This document shows, piece by piece, positions 44,303 to 57,254 of a stretch of DNA of 64,000 nucleotides. This DNA is from Capitella teleta (lineage: Eukaryota). A program made the translations under genes and the position numbers. Location of the stretch: positions 129,538 to 193,537 of the forward strand of contig KB303236.1 in NCBI GenBank assembly GCA_000328365.1, in the 5' to 3' direction. Positions within the stretch are counted from its first letter, which is position 1. Each line of letters begins with the position of its first letter. The notes beneath the pieces were generated by a model that was not told the origin of the DNA, made no database searches, and saw nothing but the letters and a program-made list of their open reading frames with translations.

Positions 44303-45877
44303 TCAAACGGTCGAGATGTTGATCTCGTCATCGTAGTCAGCACTGCTGAGCTCAGCATCGTCGTCGCCCAAGCGTCCGCTGCCGGATCCGCTGCGCTCTG
44401 TGACGTCATCACTGACGTCATCATCGACCTCTTGGTCCTTCTGTACGTCTTTATCCATTTCAATGACGTCACTGTCGTCCGTTACATATTCGTCCTCTTC
44501 GTCGGCGTAATCGTCGTCGAAATCGTTGCTGACGTCATCTTTGGGGTCCTCGTAGAAATAGTAGAGGAAGTAGTCGTGCGTGCATGTGAAGTCCCGCAGA
44601 AAGGTGCGCACGACGGCGTGTCCTTGCAGGTACTTAGGTCGATCACAGAGCAAGTCCTGCGCATCGACCACCACTTGGAAGCGGTCGGCATGCCACTTGT
44701 GGTCATGCTTCATCCACTTGATTTGGCAGTTACATAACCAAGGGTTGTGCGAGAGGAACACCTGGCGATCCGCGGACGTCGGCCAGTAGAGTGTCCGGTC
44801 GTCCAGCGTGTACAGGTGGTTAAAGCGGAGGTCGATGCGACGGACGTTGTCCAGTCCACGGAAGGCGAAGGCACTGATTGTCGAGATGAAATTGTGACTC
44901 AGGTCAAGAGTTTTTAGCAGCTTCGAGCTGTTGAATGAACCGGTGAGGATCTTACGTAATCGGTTACCGGCGATTGAGAGATCCTCCAGCATGCTCAACT
45001 GGCGGATGGTGAGGACGGGCAGGTAGAGGAGGTCATTGCCGTTCAGCTCCAGGGTGCGCAATGAGTCCTCGATGCCCGTGAAGGTTTCGTTCGTGATGAA
45101 CTTGAGGCTGTTGCTGTCCAGCCTCAGATAGCGCAACGAGTCCATCTGTTTGAACCACGCGGGTGGTATGAAGCGAATGCCGTTCAGGGATAACGTCAGG
45201 CCCTGCAGCTTGCTCAGGCTTTTGGTCGGAAGTTGACCCAGTCCTTGCTGAAGTCCAACGTGGTCCAGTTTCAGCAGAAGGAGCTGAGTGTCCATGAAGG
45301 CCGTGGACGAAATGGAATGGATCGGGTTGCTGTCCAGGGCCAGAATGTCCAGACGCCGCAGGTATCCGAAGTCGAAGTGGCGCAAGATGGAGATGCGATT
45401 GGCGGTCAGAACGAGCGATCGCAGATTCCTCAGCAGTTTGAGGGCATCGGACGGTACACTGGTCAGTCTGTTGTAGCTGAGGTCAAGAGTTTCCAAGTGG
45501 TATTCCAGGCCCCAGAAGGCCAGAAGGGGCAGCTCTGATAGACTGTTGTTGCTTAGTAACAGGCGAGTAATCTTCAGCCCATAGAAGTCGCCCATGTTGA
45601 TGGTCGTCAGTCGATTCTTACCCAAGTTCAACGTTTTTATAACTTTTGGTCCGACATCGATCTTGGGCACTGCAGTCAACGCGGCTTCGAAGCAGCTGAA
45701 ACTGACGCCTTTGTCGCTCGGGGAGCAAGAGCATGATTTCGGTAAAGAGATCCCGCAGTCGGACTTGGGTGGGACCAGGCTTGGGGTCGGCTGGCTTTGG
45801 GTCGAATCAACATGAGGTGAGAGCAGCACCAAGAAGGTGCATGCGAAGAGAGACCTGCAAAGACAAAGAACAGCCAT
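44303..45877 (-). CDS. intronless secreted leucine-rich-repeat protein (signal peptide, LRRNT, ~12 LRRs, LRRCT) with a ~100-aa highly acidic Asp/Glu/Tyr-rich C-terminal tail; ~524 aa
   Basis: ORF 44303..45988 on the minus strand. Probable start is the internal Met before the hydrophobic signal MAVLCLCRSLFACTFLVLLSPHVDS (ATG at 45875-77). LRRNT CGISLPKSCSCS..VSFSC. Repeats LxxLxLxxNxL. LRRCT NPWLCNCQIKWMKHDHKWH..DLLCDRP. Tail DPKDDVSNDFDDDYADEEDEYVTDDSDVIEMDKDVQKDQEVDDDVSDDVTERSGSGSGRLGDDDAELSSADYDDEINISTV*. No transmembrane segment. Confidence 0.8.
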   Translation of the reverse strand: MAVLCLCRSLFACTFLVLLSPHVDSTQSQPTPSLVPPKSDCGISLPKSCSCSPSDKGVSFSCFEAALTAVPKIDVGPKVIKTLNLGKNRLTTINMGDFYGLKITRLLLSNNSLSELPLLAFWGLEYHLETLDLSYNRLTSVPSDALKLLRNLRSLVLTANRISILRHFDFGYLRRLDILALDSNPIHSISSTAFMDTQLLLLKLDHVGLQQGLGQLPTKSLSKLQGLTLSLNGIRFIPPAWFKQMDSLRYLRLDSNSLKFITNETFTGIEDSLRTLELNGNDLLYLPVLTIRQLSMLEDLSIAGNRLRKILTGSFNSSKLLKTLDLSHNFISTISAFAFRGLDNVRRIDLRFNHLYTLDDRTLYWPTSADRQVFLSHNPWLCNCQIKWMKHDHKWHADRFQVVVDAQDLLCDRPKYLQGHAVVRTFLRDFTCTHDYFLYYFYEDPKDDVSNDFDDDYADEEDEYVTDDSDVIEMDKDVQKDQEVDDDVSDDVTERSGSGSGRLGDDDAELSSADYDDEINISTV

Positions 45878-45879
45878 CA

Positions 45880-48800
45880 CGAATATGCTGCAATCACAAA
45901 GTGCTGCTGCTTCATCACTTGGCTTCATCACGCTCGGATGCAGATGTGCGAGCAGAGCGGAGCCATCATTTACAACTCCCCAATGCAATCAGCCCAATAG
46001 ATTTAATGGAGTCCACATCCATTCAGGCAACGCCCTTCGCAGCGACGGCCATTGCGCTCGAACGCCTCGGCCAATATCACGTGCGGATGAAGCTGGCGCT
46101 CGCTGAGGTCGTACGCAAGACGTGCGCGGTCAGGTGAAGCGTGCGAATGTCGACTTTGATCAGAGGGCCAGGCGTCGCGATGCCTGACCTTGTGGTCGGT
46201 GCTGGCGTTAAGCCATCTTGACGATGGCTCCCCGGCCGCTCGTTTGCCGCGATTCTGCAATCCATTCATCGCATTGCTATGCTGACTCCCACTGTCATTA
46301 TAGGCTATTTGGCACTATAAGCATCGTACGTACAGCACTGGTAACTACACTAACTACTGCTCAATCAATCGTGTTCACTTTTAGTTATGTAATATTCTTC
46401 CTGAATAATGTTACGAGTGCAGTTCCGACCTTCTGATTTGGATGTGATGAAACATTCGGAATGAGAGGCAAATGCGAACAAGTGGATTGATATACGTCTG
46501 TCCATTTCGACTCATCGTGACTCTCGTAACAGTCGGCTGAAAAGTGGGTTCGAACTGCGTGCCCTCGCGACTGAGTTAATAATGGATCATTTGCCAAGAC
46601 ACCGTGGCTCCTCTCTGCTCATCCCTCGAGACCCAATCGCTCACTGATCGATAATTCGTTTGCGAGCGTTGAGTAAATAAAACATCACCTGTTATTCATT
46701 ATAGGGGTAGGGGGTCCTCGCAACCCCACCCCCTCCCTCCGTTGTTGCCGTCTTCTTGCAATTCGCCCAAATTCGGCTGCAAATCGGGTCCAGATTGGCC
46801 TCGTGATGTCAGCGAACACTGTCCCCGGGGGAACGACCCGACTGCCCTCCGAAATAATCCCCGTTTGTCAAGCGACAGGACATCTCTCCTTATTTCTTCT
46901 TTCATCGATTGAAGAAGTAGGTTTGGCGTCGAACTTGAAGTAATTTACAGTGGCACTTATCGACTCTTCGCTCCCTCCCCTCTCTTCCGGTTGGAAACCT
47001 CGTCATATTTCATCCGCTGCGAATTCTCAGAATTGGGGATTTTTCTGGATTTATGCATTGAGTTTGACACCAGAGACTTATGGTCAGTAATGTCCACGCT
47101 AATGACTGTCACATGTACCGCCCACTAATGACCCCGCTGGCTGCGCTGGACATCAAAACATCATTTAGCTCTCCGTCGACCGGCCGTATACATATCCGCA
47201 CGGCGCGAGATGACGCCACCTGCTCGTGAAAATAGCTGTCTATTCTTACGAAAGGAAGTCAATTTGCGAAAGTCTTTTTGTTCTCTAAGAGCCACGTGAT
47301 GGATCGGCTGGCACCGACTTCCGATTGATTTTGTCATTTCCATTTTGGAATAGAATGTTGTTGTTTTTTCCTCTCTCGTGGTGTTGCGGAAGAGAGGCAT
47401 AGCGCTTCATGAAGCAACCGTATTGGACGGTGCAGATTGGCGCTGGCGATTAATCAGTATGGCCGGCGTCGACAGAAGCCGGGGATTTCACCCGAGTGCC
47501 ATTTCGCTGATCAGGCGCTGATCCTACAACGTAGCTTCCATCTGCATCTAAAATCCTCCGAGAACTATCAATAATCTGGCCCAATTACGCGCTTGATTGA
47601 AAGCGAGTCTGGTCGACTATTCTCTGACCGACTCGTTAGGGAAAGGTCCGGCGTGGTATTTATAGGCCACGATTCAATTACAAGTTAACTCAATGCGATC
47701 TACGATATATCCGAGGTCGTATATATACCACATTATACAAGGATATATGGTCAGACCAGCTGCTCCTTACATAAACATGAGCTGTAATTCTCATGGGGTG
47801 TGTACGTCTTTTACGGCTGAAAAATGACGACTCTGAAACGTAAAGTTGGTGAAGGAAATCTCGGGAGACAAAGACACGCAACGCAAGAAACACTCTTATC
47901 ATCCGGAGAGAGAGAGAAAAAAAGCGTCGACCCCCGAAAATGATGATGAGTAGAGCAGGGTTCTCAGGGGGCGCTGCGTTCGTTGTTCTCCAATTCGTGA
48001 ACCTCCAGGAATATCCGCAGAAATAGCGGAAGGTCCGCGTCTGTCATTGGACGTATTGCAATGGGGCAAAGCCGGCAGCTCCATCATCGCAAGCCACATT
48101 ATCAAGTTAAAGCGGTGATGCATCGCGCTAATTATCACGCAAAGGGTCTGGCGTTAAGCGGAGAGGGTGCTGAAACCGTTTGAAGAGCACACGTCCGGAG
48201 CAGGTGCAAGGGCCACAGCCAGTAAATTACAGCTAGCCCCCTCGAGACGACAGCGTCCCTTCAATTAGGAATCAGTGAGCAGTGTCAGGGCGACTGCGCA
48301 TTGATCAACAGTCATCCGCGTTGTTTCGTTTCATAGATCCAGCAATTCGCTTCGATTGACACAAAAACAAATATCATTCCGCGGAGCATGTTGATCTTTG
48401 GCGATCGAGGGACCGGCGCGGAGTTTGCTTCCAGAATGCCAATAACCTTCGCTGTGTCTGCATCAGAGATCGTTTTGATTCCGGTTCGCCAAGATTGCCA
48501 ACAGCAAACACACGGAAACAGCTCCCGTCAACAACGCTCGCTGATCGCATCGAGGCATGCTTTGCATATTATGCCAGATATACTCGATATGCGCTACCTG
48601 TACAATTTGCGCTGTTTATCTTATTATCAGCAGAAGTTACCTATACTGTTATACATCTCTGTGCAATTGTGTTCTATCAACAAAGCAGACATACGAAGCT
48701 CTTTGCGGAATGGATGCTTCGTATTCTATCAGCATTTAGCACGGCCACCCAGACGCCCGCCCCAACGTACTCGTCACGACTGATGCTAATGTCTTCTTTT

Positions 48801-50300
48801 TGGCCGACTGCAATGCCACCAGAGGCTGAAGCCAAATAGCTGGCAAACCTGAGCGCAATGCCACGAAGAAGCTTACTATTTTGAGAGGGTTACGGTTCAA
48901 ATTGAATTGTCACAATCGCCCTCCTCGGCCAAGAAATTGGTCGGAATAAACACTGGCGCGAATTTACTCCGTCGATTTGCAGGAGAATATTATAAAAGAT
49001 ACTTTTCAAAACCTCCCAACAATATTTCTAGAGAATAAAGAGTACACAAAAGTAAAGAAGTAAAACCATCAACTCCATTACAAAACTAATAAGGCGGTGT
49101 TAATACATAATACCTATAAAAAAGAAAAAAGTGACAAGAAAGTTATCACCAAGGATCAATCCAATGGGGAATACCAGCCGCCACCTGTTTAAACACTTAC
49201 CGTTGATATGACTTCATGCTCGTGAGATTGACATCAGTCCATGTCGTCGACAAAGAGTTCGTTCACCTGAGACCGGTATGACCGTAAAGACTGCATTCAG
49301 CACGCGAGCCCAACTGGCACGAGACTTTGTTGACATGCTGTATATGGCGACGATCGGGCAACTTCGCTGCCCTGATAAACAGCGGCGCGGCACGATAGCC
49401 TCCACTCGGGCCGCCAGGGAAGTCCTCTCGCTGAATGCAGGATCAATAGTGCTGGCAGGAACCGCTTTGAACACCCTCAATTAGAGGCATTTGGGGATGC
49501 TTACCCTGCCAACTGCGCAATGACACGCCTGTCTCATGCTAAAGCAGATTTATTCAATTGAGAGCTTTGTGGCTTGAAAGGGAGATTGCCTGCTATGGAC
49601 TGATGGATGTGCCTTTCAACCGGCCAAGATCTTCGCTCGGCTGCAAGGCTAAGATGAGAGATCAGGCCCTGGCTTACGGGGGAACAAGTGTCGAGGCATA
49701 TAGCGCGTGCAGGTGCCTGACCTTTGCCCTCAGCGGGTGGCTTTCTGCTGTGTACCTGGTTTAATTACTCCTGCAATCCATTATGAAGGCAGTTCCAATC
49801 CTGCACGATACAATTCAGTCACGTGGTCTCAGGATATTCCAAGGTGACTGCAGTTATGGAGATATATCGATTAATAAAGGGAGCTACTAAACAATCGGGG
49901 AATGAACTGTGTGTTCCCTTAGCGCATCCCATTAACTTAATGTCATTTTGCGCTGTGTACCGAGTTTCAGTCTGCGTGAATCGGAGCTGATGAGCAGGTC
50001 CCGGTGGCGCAAAAGGTTGCGACACCACAACCAGAGATGATGCGCCCCCCGGGACAACTTCCGTCCCTGCGGGGCTCAGACTGCACTCCCTGCAGCCAGG
50101 CATGCATGCTGATAACGTTGCTATGAATGATAACCGCTGTCGTGGCGTGTGTTCCCTTGGGGCGTGCATCATCCGCATCACGCTGCCTCTATGACTGGCA
50201 AATCACTAGCATTTACAACATGTTCTATGGCGAACATATATGGGGCAGCAGCGAGGCCTAATCGACTGACTAGGTGTAACGCACACGTGGTCACGTGCTC
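45880..50300. other. CpG-rich, ORF-poor ~4.4 kb region upstream of the LRR gene (candidate promoter, CpG island or non-coding transcription unit)
   Basis: Many CG dinucleotides (cgcggtcaggtgaagcgtgcgaatgtcgac..., gccggcgtcgacagaagccgggg...). Only short unrelated ORFs. No splice-linked coding potential found. Confidence 0.25.
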
Positions 50301-52324
50301 TGTTCTTCGCTCTGAATTCTGAGGTAGGTTCTCACGTGTCAAGTGTCACAATGTGCATGTAACGGAGATGATGTCGGCAGATCCCTCATGAATGCGATGG
50401 AATGAAAACGCCACCGAAGCAGAATTCGGTCTCGCGCTTCTCTTCGGGTAAAACTCCGAATTGAGAGACAGTCGAGCTGCTCATCATTTCTGGCACAAAT
50501 GAAGACGCCCAACTGTTCAGAACTTGAAGTTGGACAACTCTGAAGGTTCAAAGGAAATGCTGAGCGCAGTATATATGCACCTGCATCTCACGGGTGAAGA
50601 GCTGTCCCCGAGGGTCGGAGGTAGGAGGTCAAGGGCAGGGTTAGAATGAGGAGGCTGTGATCAACAGAGTTGGATGGGTAGGAGGGCCCTCTTTTGACTC
50701 ATTGCAAGAATGACGCTTGTTGATCATTGATCGGAAGGGGGATGGGGGGGGGGGGGGGTGCACTTTCTGCGTGTGGTGTTGTTTCCGACGAGTGGGCGTG
50801 CTGTGAATCAGAAAATATAATAGTCCTTGAGCTGAACGAAAAAAAAAGGTACCAAGTTTCGGGCAAAACGAGACAGTGATTTTTATGGTATTCAACATCC
50901 CTAGATAACGTTTTGGGTGATAGCAGTATCAAAATGGTAGCTTATGGATAGAAAACACGTTTTGAACACGATAGGGGTGTGTCCAAAGGGACAATATTGC
51001 GTATTTCTAAATGCGTTTAGTGTGAGCCCCACAAACAACACCCATACATGCCAACCTTTGTCCATGGCAAAAACGGAGATAAATGAAATAGCTGGCAGGG
51101 GTGGGTGAGGGAGGGGGTGTCCCCTCCATATAGCCCTGCATATTTTTTTTTCGTATTTCAGTGGCTCGGGATGGCAACAGGAAGCACGAATTGGTAGAGT
51201 TTTCAACCCAGTATTTTGGTACAAATAATCTACCTCACAAATGGTTCAAATAAATACAACGATGAAAATAAAGAAAGCCAGGGCTTGTACATGTACCAAA
51301 GAGAACAGGCAAACGTATATTGGTAGTGATTTTAACAACTATGCAACCATAATAATGTAGCATGGAAGGAATATAAACTCAATGTGTCACACCTTAAATC
51401 ATTTATTTTCATTAGCTCTTGAGCTCATTGTCTGGTATGTGGCTCCCTTGCAGGATTGAATTATTGGCCCCAATCATAGTATTGGTATAGAGGAAGAAGC
51501 AGTGCCCTCCATAAGCAGTGCTCATCTTATGATCCTAAAGATCATCATCAATGAACTGATACTAATGTCTCGAATTAAGATTGGCAGACAGTTATCATTT
51601 TCGTCACTGCCAGCGTCTGTAACAATCCCAAAGTAGTTGGATTTTGCAAATGTCTTCATGTTCATCGTCGCTTCTTGACCAATAGCGAAGTTAAGCATGC
51701 GGCTGTTTGTGTTCTTCCACAATGATAATCGGCTGTGATTTTGCTCTCTGGAAAAATCGTTTGAACATACGGTTGGGGCAATCAGCCGACAATGAGCAAT
51801 TATCAGCAGGTTTTCATCGAGGTTTTACTGTACATGTGTGTCTAAATGAATATTTTAGAGTGACAAAATATTGACTGTATCCATCTATTTATGTGCAATT
51901 CTGGATAATAATATCACTTTATTTTTAGTATTTTGTAATATTTAGATTTCTAACATGATACTTCACTATCTCACTATAGGAATGAATGATGCTCTTTTAG
52001 GGAAAGACAATATTGAGCCTGAATCATCATGTCACCTAAAGTTTTGTTGGAAAATAAAAATACATGAATAGTGATTAGTGACATACATTTAACTAAATTA
52101 TCAGTAAGGCAAAATCTTAAAAAGGCGCAGGTGTCCAAACAAGGATGCCTTCAATAAACTGTTGTAACTGCTTTGTGGTTTTTTGATCGAATGGTGAAAA
52201 ATGGGCGGGTATTTTTGATGCACCTCACCTGGCGCAATTTCCGCATTAACTTTTATCTTTTTTTTTTTTTTTTTTGAGGGGGGGGGTGGGATAGAATTTC
52301 ATTTAATTTTCACCATTGCAGTGT

Positions 52325-52668
52325 GTGAGTGATTGGGGTTTTACGGCTCCACCCAAACCATTCGGATGATACTGGCGCCAGAACGGAAGGCCTGGGGCCG
52401 GGGTTTCCCTCTACTCTTATCGATAAATCCCAAGGGTTCTTTACCCTGCATACCACCATAGACAGTAGTACATAGCGCCCGGCCTTGTTACGCAGTTGGG
52501 CAGCACTGCAGAGTCACCGAAGAATTACAATTATAACGGATTACAATTATAATTCACAATCATAACGCCGTGGCCTGATTGGGTCTCGAACCCGGGACCT
52601 CGACCCCTACTGTCGGCATAGGATGGCAGTCAGCCGGTTTAACCCACTGATCTATTCAGTGCCCCTTC
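52325..52668 (-). mobile_element. tRNA-derived SINE, full-length copy with perfect 12-bp target-site duplication TTCACCATTGCA
   Basis: Flanks ttcaccattgca|gtgtgtgagtgattggggttttacggctccaccc... and ...gatctattcagtgcccc|ttcaccattgcaaag. tRNA-like head at the high-coordinate end, so the element is on the minus strand. Confidence 0.85.
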
Positions 52669-52917
52669 ACCATTGCAAAGTCAATACCCAAGCAGTGTAC
52701 TCGATTAAAATTAGCGATCAAATATTGCGAAAAAGTGCTATGAGAGGCCCACAAATCAAACTTTTGGCACACGAAATAAGGCTTTGATAGTGCCATCGAT
52801 AGAAGTGCGCTTAAGAAACTGGTTATTCCAGGGAAATAAGAAACGCATGAATAGTTGCTCTATCTAACGTCCAAATCTCCCTAGCACCGCGCGTTCTATG
52901 ATAGGCCGAGAACGTTG

Positions 52918-53040
52918 CGAACAACCCTCCTGCACATTGTGCAACAACCCTTCTGCACATTGTGTAACAACCCTCCTGCACATTGTGTAACAACCCTCCT
53001 GCACATTGTGTAACAACCCTCCTGCACATTGTGTAACACC
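52918..53040. repeat. 23-bp minisatellite (cctcctgcacattgtgtaacaac) x ~5.5, contiguous with no spacers
   Basis: Successive units differ at 1-2 positions (ccttctgcacattgtgCaacaac etc.). The ORFs 52823..53097 on the minus strand are translations of it. Confidence 0.9.
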
Positions 53041-54048
53041 CGTCGTCTGCTCGTTAGGCAATGCCCTACTACGTGCATATGAATATGATAATAACATTAT
53101 TATGTGCCATAATTTGGCACATAATTATAGTCATATAATCAGCGTGGGTCATTCACGGGTTGACCTGAAGCAGAGGCCAGGGGGGGGCTCTCATGGGTAT
53201 ATGATACAATTGGCGACCTGAGAGACCCCTCGACCTCACCCCTATTTAATTAAAGGTAGCCATTAATCACCCAGTGGGTATTTATACACGCTATCCTCCA
53301 TTCCATTGGGGTTTACTAATCAGAGAGGGGCACGCTGATTGTGCTTCAGGGCAACCGTTCTCCCGACAACCTCTTTTTCTCGGTGCTCAGTCACGCAGCA
53401 CCTACAGTGCCACCGTGACATAAAACAAACCTCCAAAGTTAAAACTCACTCAATTGGTCACCATTAGAACAAAGCATCTGATTGTGATGTCTGGGCGTCC
53501 ATGGTAGTCTTGTGAATATGTTGCAGCCGGCAAGCACGCGTAGATTGAAGCGATACATCTCAACAGTAGCACAAAGCGGCCTCCGCGCGTAAACATAACG
53601 TCACTATTCCCTCACGAACAAGGTTTTCTAACGTTATGATTCAGCGCGGATGAATAGCCACCAGGCTATTCTGGCTGCCTGGCTATTCTTCCGTCTCATC
53701 GGTTTGTTTACATTTTGCGTGATGGCTGCCAACGGGAATGTTGAGCTTGTTTGGATTGCCGTAAAGCGTCTCGATCTAGCGGGTATTCCTATGAATATTT
53801 ATGTTTACTTTGAATATTGTGTCTCCTTGGTGTTGCACGATTGGGTATTCTCGGGAAATATTCACGAATATTCCGAAATTCCCGATTTTTTCCTTTTCTC
53901 TTTTCGAACCGTTATGATTCGATGCGTTATGAATGTCTCCCTTTTGGCGCAGTTTTGTCTATTTTAGTCATTTTTCTTTGACCAAAATAGTTCGCGCCAT
54001 TTGCATTTAATTGAGATTCCACTTTGAATGAATCAATTTCTATTTCCA

Positions 54049-54797
54049 GATGACGGAGAACTGGATTCAGAAGAAATATTGAAAGAAATCGCGTTTCCGC
54101 CCGACGTTTCATCTGAATCTCTGAAGAACATTCTGAAAACAGCTTTTGAATTGGATGATAATTTAGTTCTAAAGGTTCCTGTTCAATCAACGGTAAAATG
54201 AGAAATTAATATCTTTCTTCAGCTGCGAAACCAGAGAAAATCACTTATTCCAATCAACAGCAAAATCGCTCAAAACGGAAACAACAGGTTCTCATCATCA
54301 GATACAAAGACTTCATAACATGTTTATTTTGCAGGAAGTACTTCTTGGAAGTAACCAATGCTCACCAACACAGTCAGTATATGTTGCAATTAATATGATG
54401 TCTAATTACTGTGTGGTTTACAGTTAAACCTCTTCCTAAAACGGTGAAATTACGTGAACAGCCAGAAACACTGTCTGCAACATTCAATTCCATCATCAAC
54501 AGAGTGAGTCATAAATGATACATTTTATGCATGCATTATTTTATGCATTATTTTATGCATTATTTGCTGTTAGGTCGAAGCCATGGAGAATTTCATGCCA
54601 GAGCTCTATAACAAAAGGAACGCTAAAATCGAATCGGTAATAATTATTCCATTATTGCAGAAATGAAACTTTCAAGATTTCAAACTTTTCCAGGAGATGT
54701 CAGATTTGGGGAAACAGTTGAAATTTCTGAACCAGAGATTCACAGAAGCTGAGAATAGCCATTGGGAAGGGATGTTCAAGAAGAATCCACTTTGGTG
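54049..54797 (+). CDS. hypothetical small multi-exon gene (5-6 short exons; no homology recognised)
   Basis: Chain of GT-AG-bounded short exons in one spliced frame: ..DGELDSEEILKEIAFPPDVSSESLKNILKTAFELDDNLVLKVPVQST|..LRNQRKSLIPINSKIAQNGNN.|..KPLPKTVKLREQPETLSATFNSIINR|VEAMENFMPELYNKRNAKIES|EMSDLGKQLKFLNQRFTEAENSHWEGMFKKNPLW*. Intermediate junctions unverified. Confidence 0.25.
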
Positions 54798-57218
54798 ATA
54801 GCATGGTTAAATCTTTTGTTAATTAGTGCTGTATTGTTATCTATTGTATAATTATTATTAATAATATAATTGTTAATTTATTCACCCATTCAATGGTTGC
54901 AGCATATACTCAAATGTCAATTTCATGTCAAAGTCCTCCATTTTTATTATTGGTTAAGAATCTTGTGATATCGTAATATTCATGTTAAAATGAGCGCTGT
55001 TGTTCAATCTCTGCTGCCAACTGTGCCCTATATTTCATGAGAATAAATATTGTAATGTTGACTTATTTTTACTTTGCTACACTGCTCGCTATATGCTGGT
55101 TTATCTCGAACTTTTAATTATGATGTAACACCTCTCAGAAGATAAGAGCCTATTGATAAAATCCCAATAAGACGAACTGATAACCATTGATAACTCAATT
55201 GATTAGTACATTAAAAGAATTTGTGTCTGATGAGAAAACGAGGGGAAATGATCAATTCCTTCGGCTTCACATCTGGAGGAAGCCATATTCCAGAAGGTTC
55301 TATTTTTTATAATGTACATAATGCATATTATTTTGGTGACAATGATTTAGCGTGATTAATGGACGATGGTGTTGATTCGTGGCCTAAGATCCAAGAGCTG
55401 TGAAGAGGACGACCACCGCCTAAGGCACCTGGGGTGCACGACGCCATGCGTTGCTATACACTATAATTTATACGGTACTGAGAGAGTATACACGTATGTA
55501 CAGTATGTAGCAGTATAGGGTTAATAGATAAGCACGATGATCATGAATATCGAATGAACAGCAACCATAGCACATGGTGTACGTAATGATATTCGCATGC
55601 TCCGCCAATTAACGCTTAATTTCAGCGTCACTGGAGTCATTCAGCGCGAGGGGTGCGTTATGATTTCACTCAGCCCTTTCGCGCTGTTCGCTGTCGACTT
55701 TACCCAAGCGCATTTGGTCCTAATACAATACACCTGCGACTAACGAACAGTGCTGGATTAAAAAATAAAAGTGTTCGTAGTTCGGGGTGTTCGTTAGTCA
55801 TGGTTGGGTAAAATTAGGTCACAATGGTAACTCATGCTAGCTTTGCATCAATTGAGCAATCAACAATAACAGCAATGTTTATCTTTCAATGTGTATGTTA
55901 TGTGTATGTTGGCGGAAATGTGTGCGGAGATTATTTAAGCTACCGCCAAGAACTCACTCGGCGCTCATCCCGTTGTTAATGCGGACGCCTGATCAGCAGA
56001 CACAGCTGGTAATGCGCTTCTCAAAATTTGTTTTCAAATGTATGCACAATTCGAATCGCATTGTTCGCCTTTGTACAAAGCTCTGTTTTTTCCAGCACTT
56101 CATCTGTGAATTCAAATGTAACTCTTATGAGATCACGTTTGACCATCTCATCCTCTGATCTCTTTGCATCCCCGCCTCTGTCACAAAAGCTGTATGCTCG
56201 GTGACGCTCTACGGTTGATGAGGCCTACATCGAGCGCTGTGCTTTCATAAGAGAATTTCTGGATAATAGAGATGGCCTTATTGAAACCCCTCTGGATAGA
56301 AATGAACTTCAGTTTATGCTATCTTTTGTGTGTATTGAGTAATAATTTGTCTTTCAGACTTCGCTTTACATCTGTATTGCATTACGTCAAAAATGGCATG
56401 AAATAAATGACATATGTATATATATATATATATATATAATCTGTAATCAGCGCCTGCTTTCATTCATGATTTTTTTCGAACAACTTGTCTCCACTCCGCC
56501 GCTGAGCCAGCGCTCGCGAGTCGGCATGCACCTCAGGGGAGATTGCCTCTGCTTGCTGCATTAACTTTTAGCGCCGTCGAGTGACCACGTGCTTACTTCA
56601 AAATATTATCTCAAAGACGATTGGCCGATTTGACAATTTATTCTCGTATGAAGTGCAACATAACATACATATCAGCCTTAATCATTACCTTACAACTTAC
56701 AAACCTTTAAACCACCCCTCAGGTGTTATAGGCGCCGCGCACACGGCCGTCTCAGCCTAGTATATTCTGTGGTCTCAGCGTTAATAATATAGGGATGGGG
56801 AACTGAATTTTAAGTGATGTTCTATTGACTCATAGCACCAATTGATAGCATTCCATGCCAAAAACACCATGCCTGGATGCAAGCGTAAGGAAATAATGCA
56901 TTCCGAATATCGGGGTTAGCATTGCGCCTATGGGAGAATTGCTTCCATTACGAAGTATAGAAGGCAAATGTCAGCTGAGGGCTTGCCGTGATTGGTCGCG
57001 TTGCCCTCGTGAAGCTATCGATTTCAGCCAAACAGAGCAGGCCATCTTTGCCATAAAAGGACACCTTTGTTGTTTACGAAACGAAAGCGTCAGTATTGCG
57101 CATGCGTGGTGCACTCTGGCTGACCTTTTTACTGTTTCAGGATGAGAAACCATGGTAGATGTCCTAGAAGATCGCTTGTTAAAATAAGAAAAATAACACA
57201 AAATATTCTTCTTCTTCT

Positions 57219-57254
<36 letters not shown>

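Noticed and set aside
44432-44789. Plus-strand ORFs 44432..44737 and 44580..44789, and minus-strand ORFs 44254..44472 and 44482..44706
   Set aside because: They overlap the well-supported LRR-protein ORF in other frames or on the opposite strand and show no domains.
52918-53040. Regular 23-bp repeats that superficially resemble a CRISPR array
   Set aside because: The units are contiguous with no spacers, the context is eukaryotic (spliceosomal introns, SINEs), and no cas genes are present. It is a minisatellite.
55889-56158. ORF MCMLCVCWRKCVRRLFKLPPRTHSALIPLL..., considered as a possible TE-derived fragment
   Set aside because: No recognisable catalytic motif and no flanking repeat structure. 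Left unannotated.
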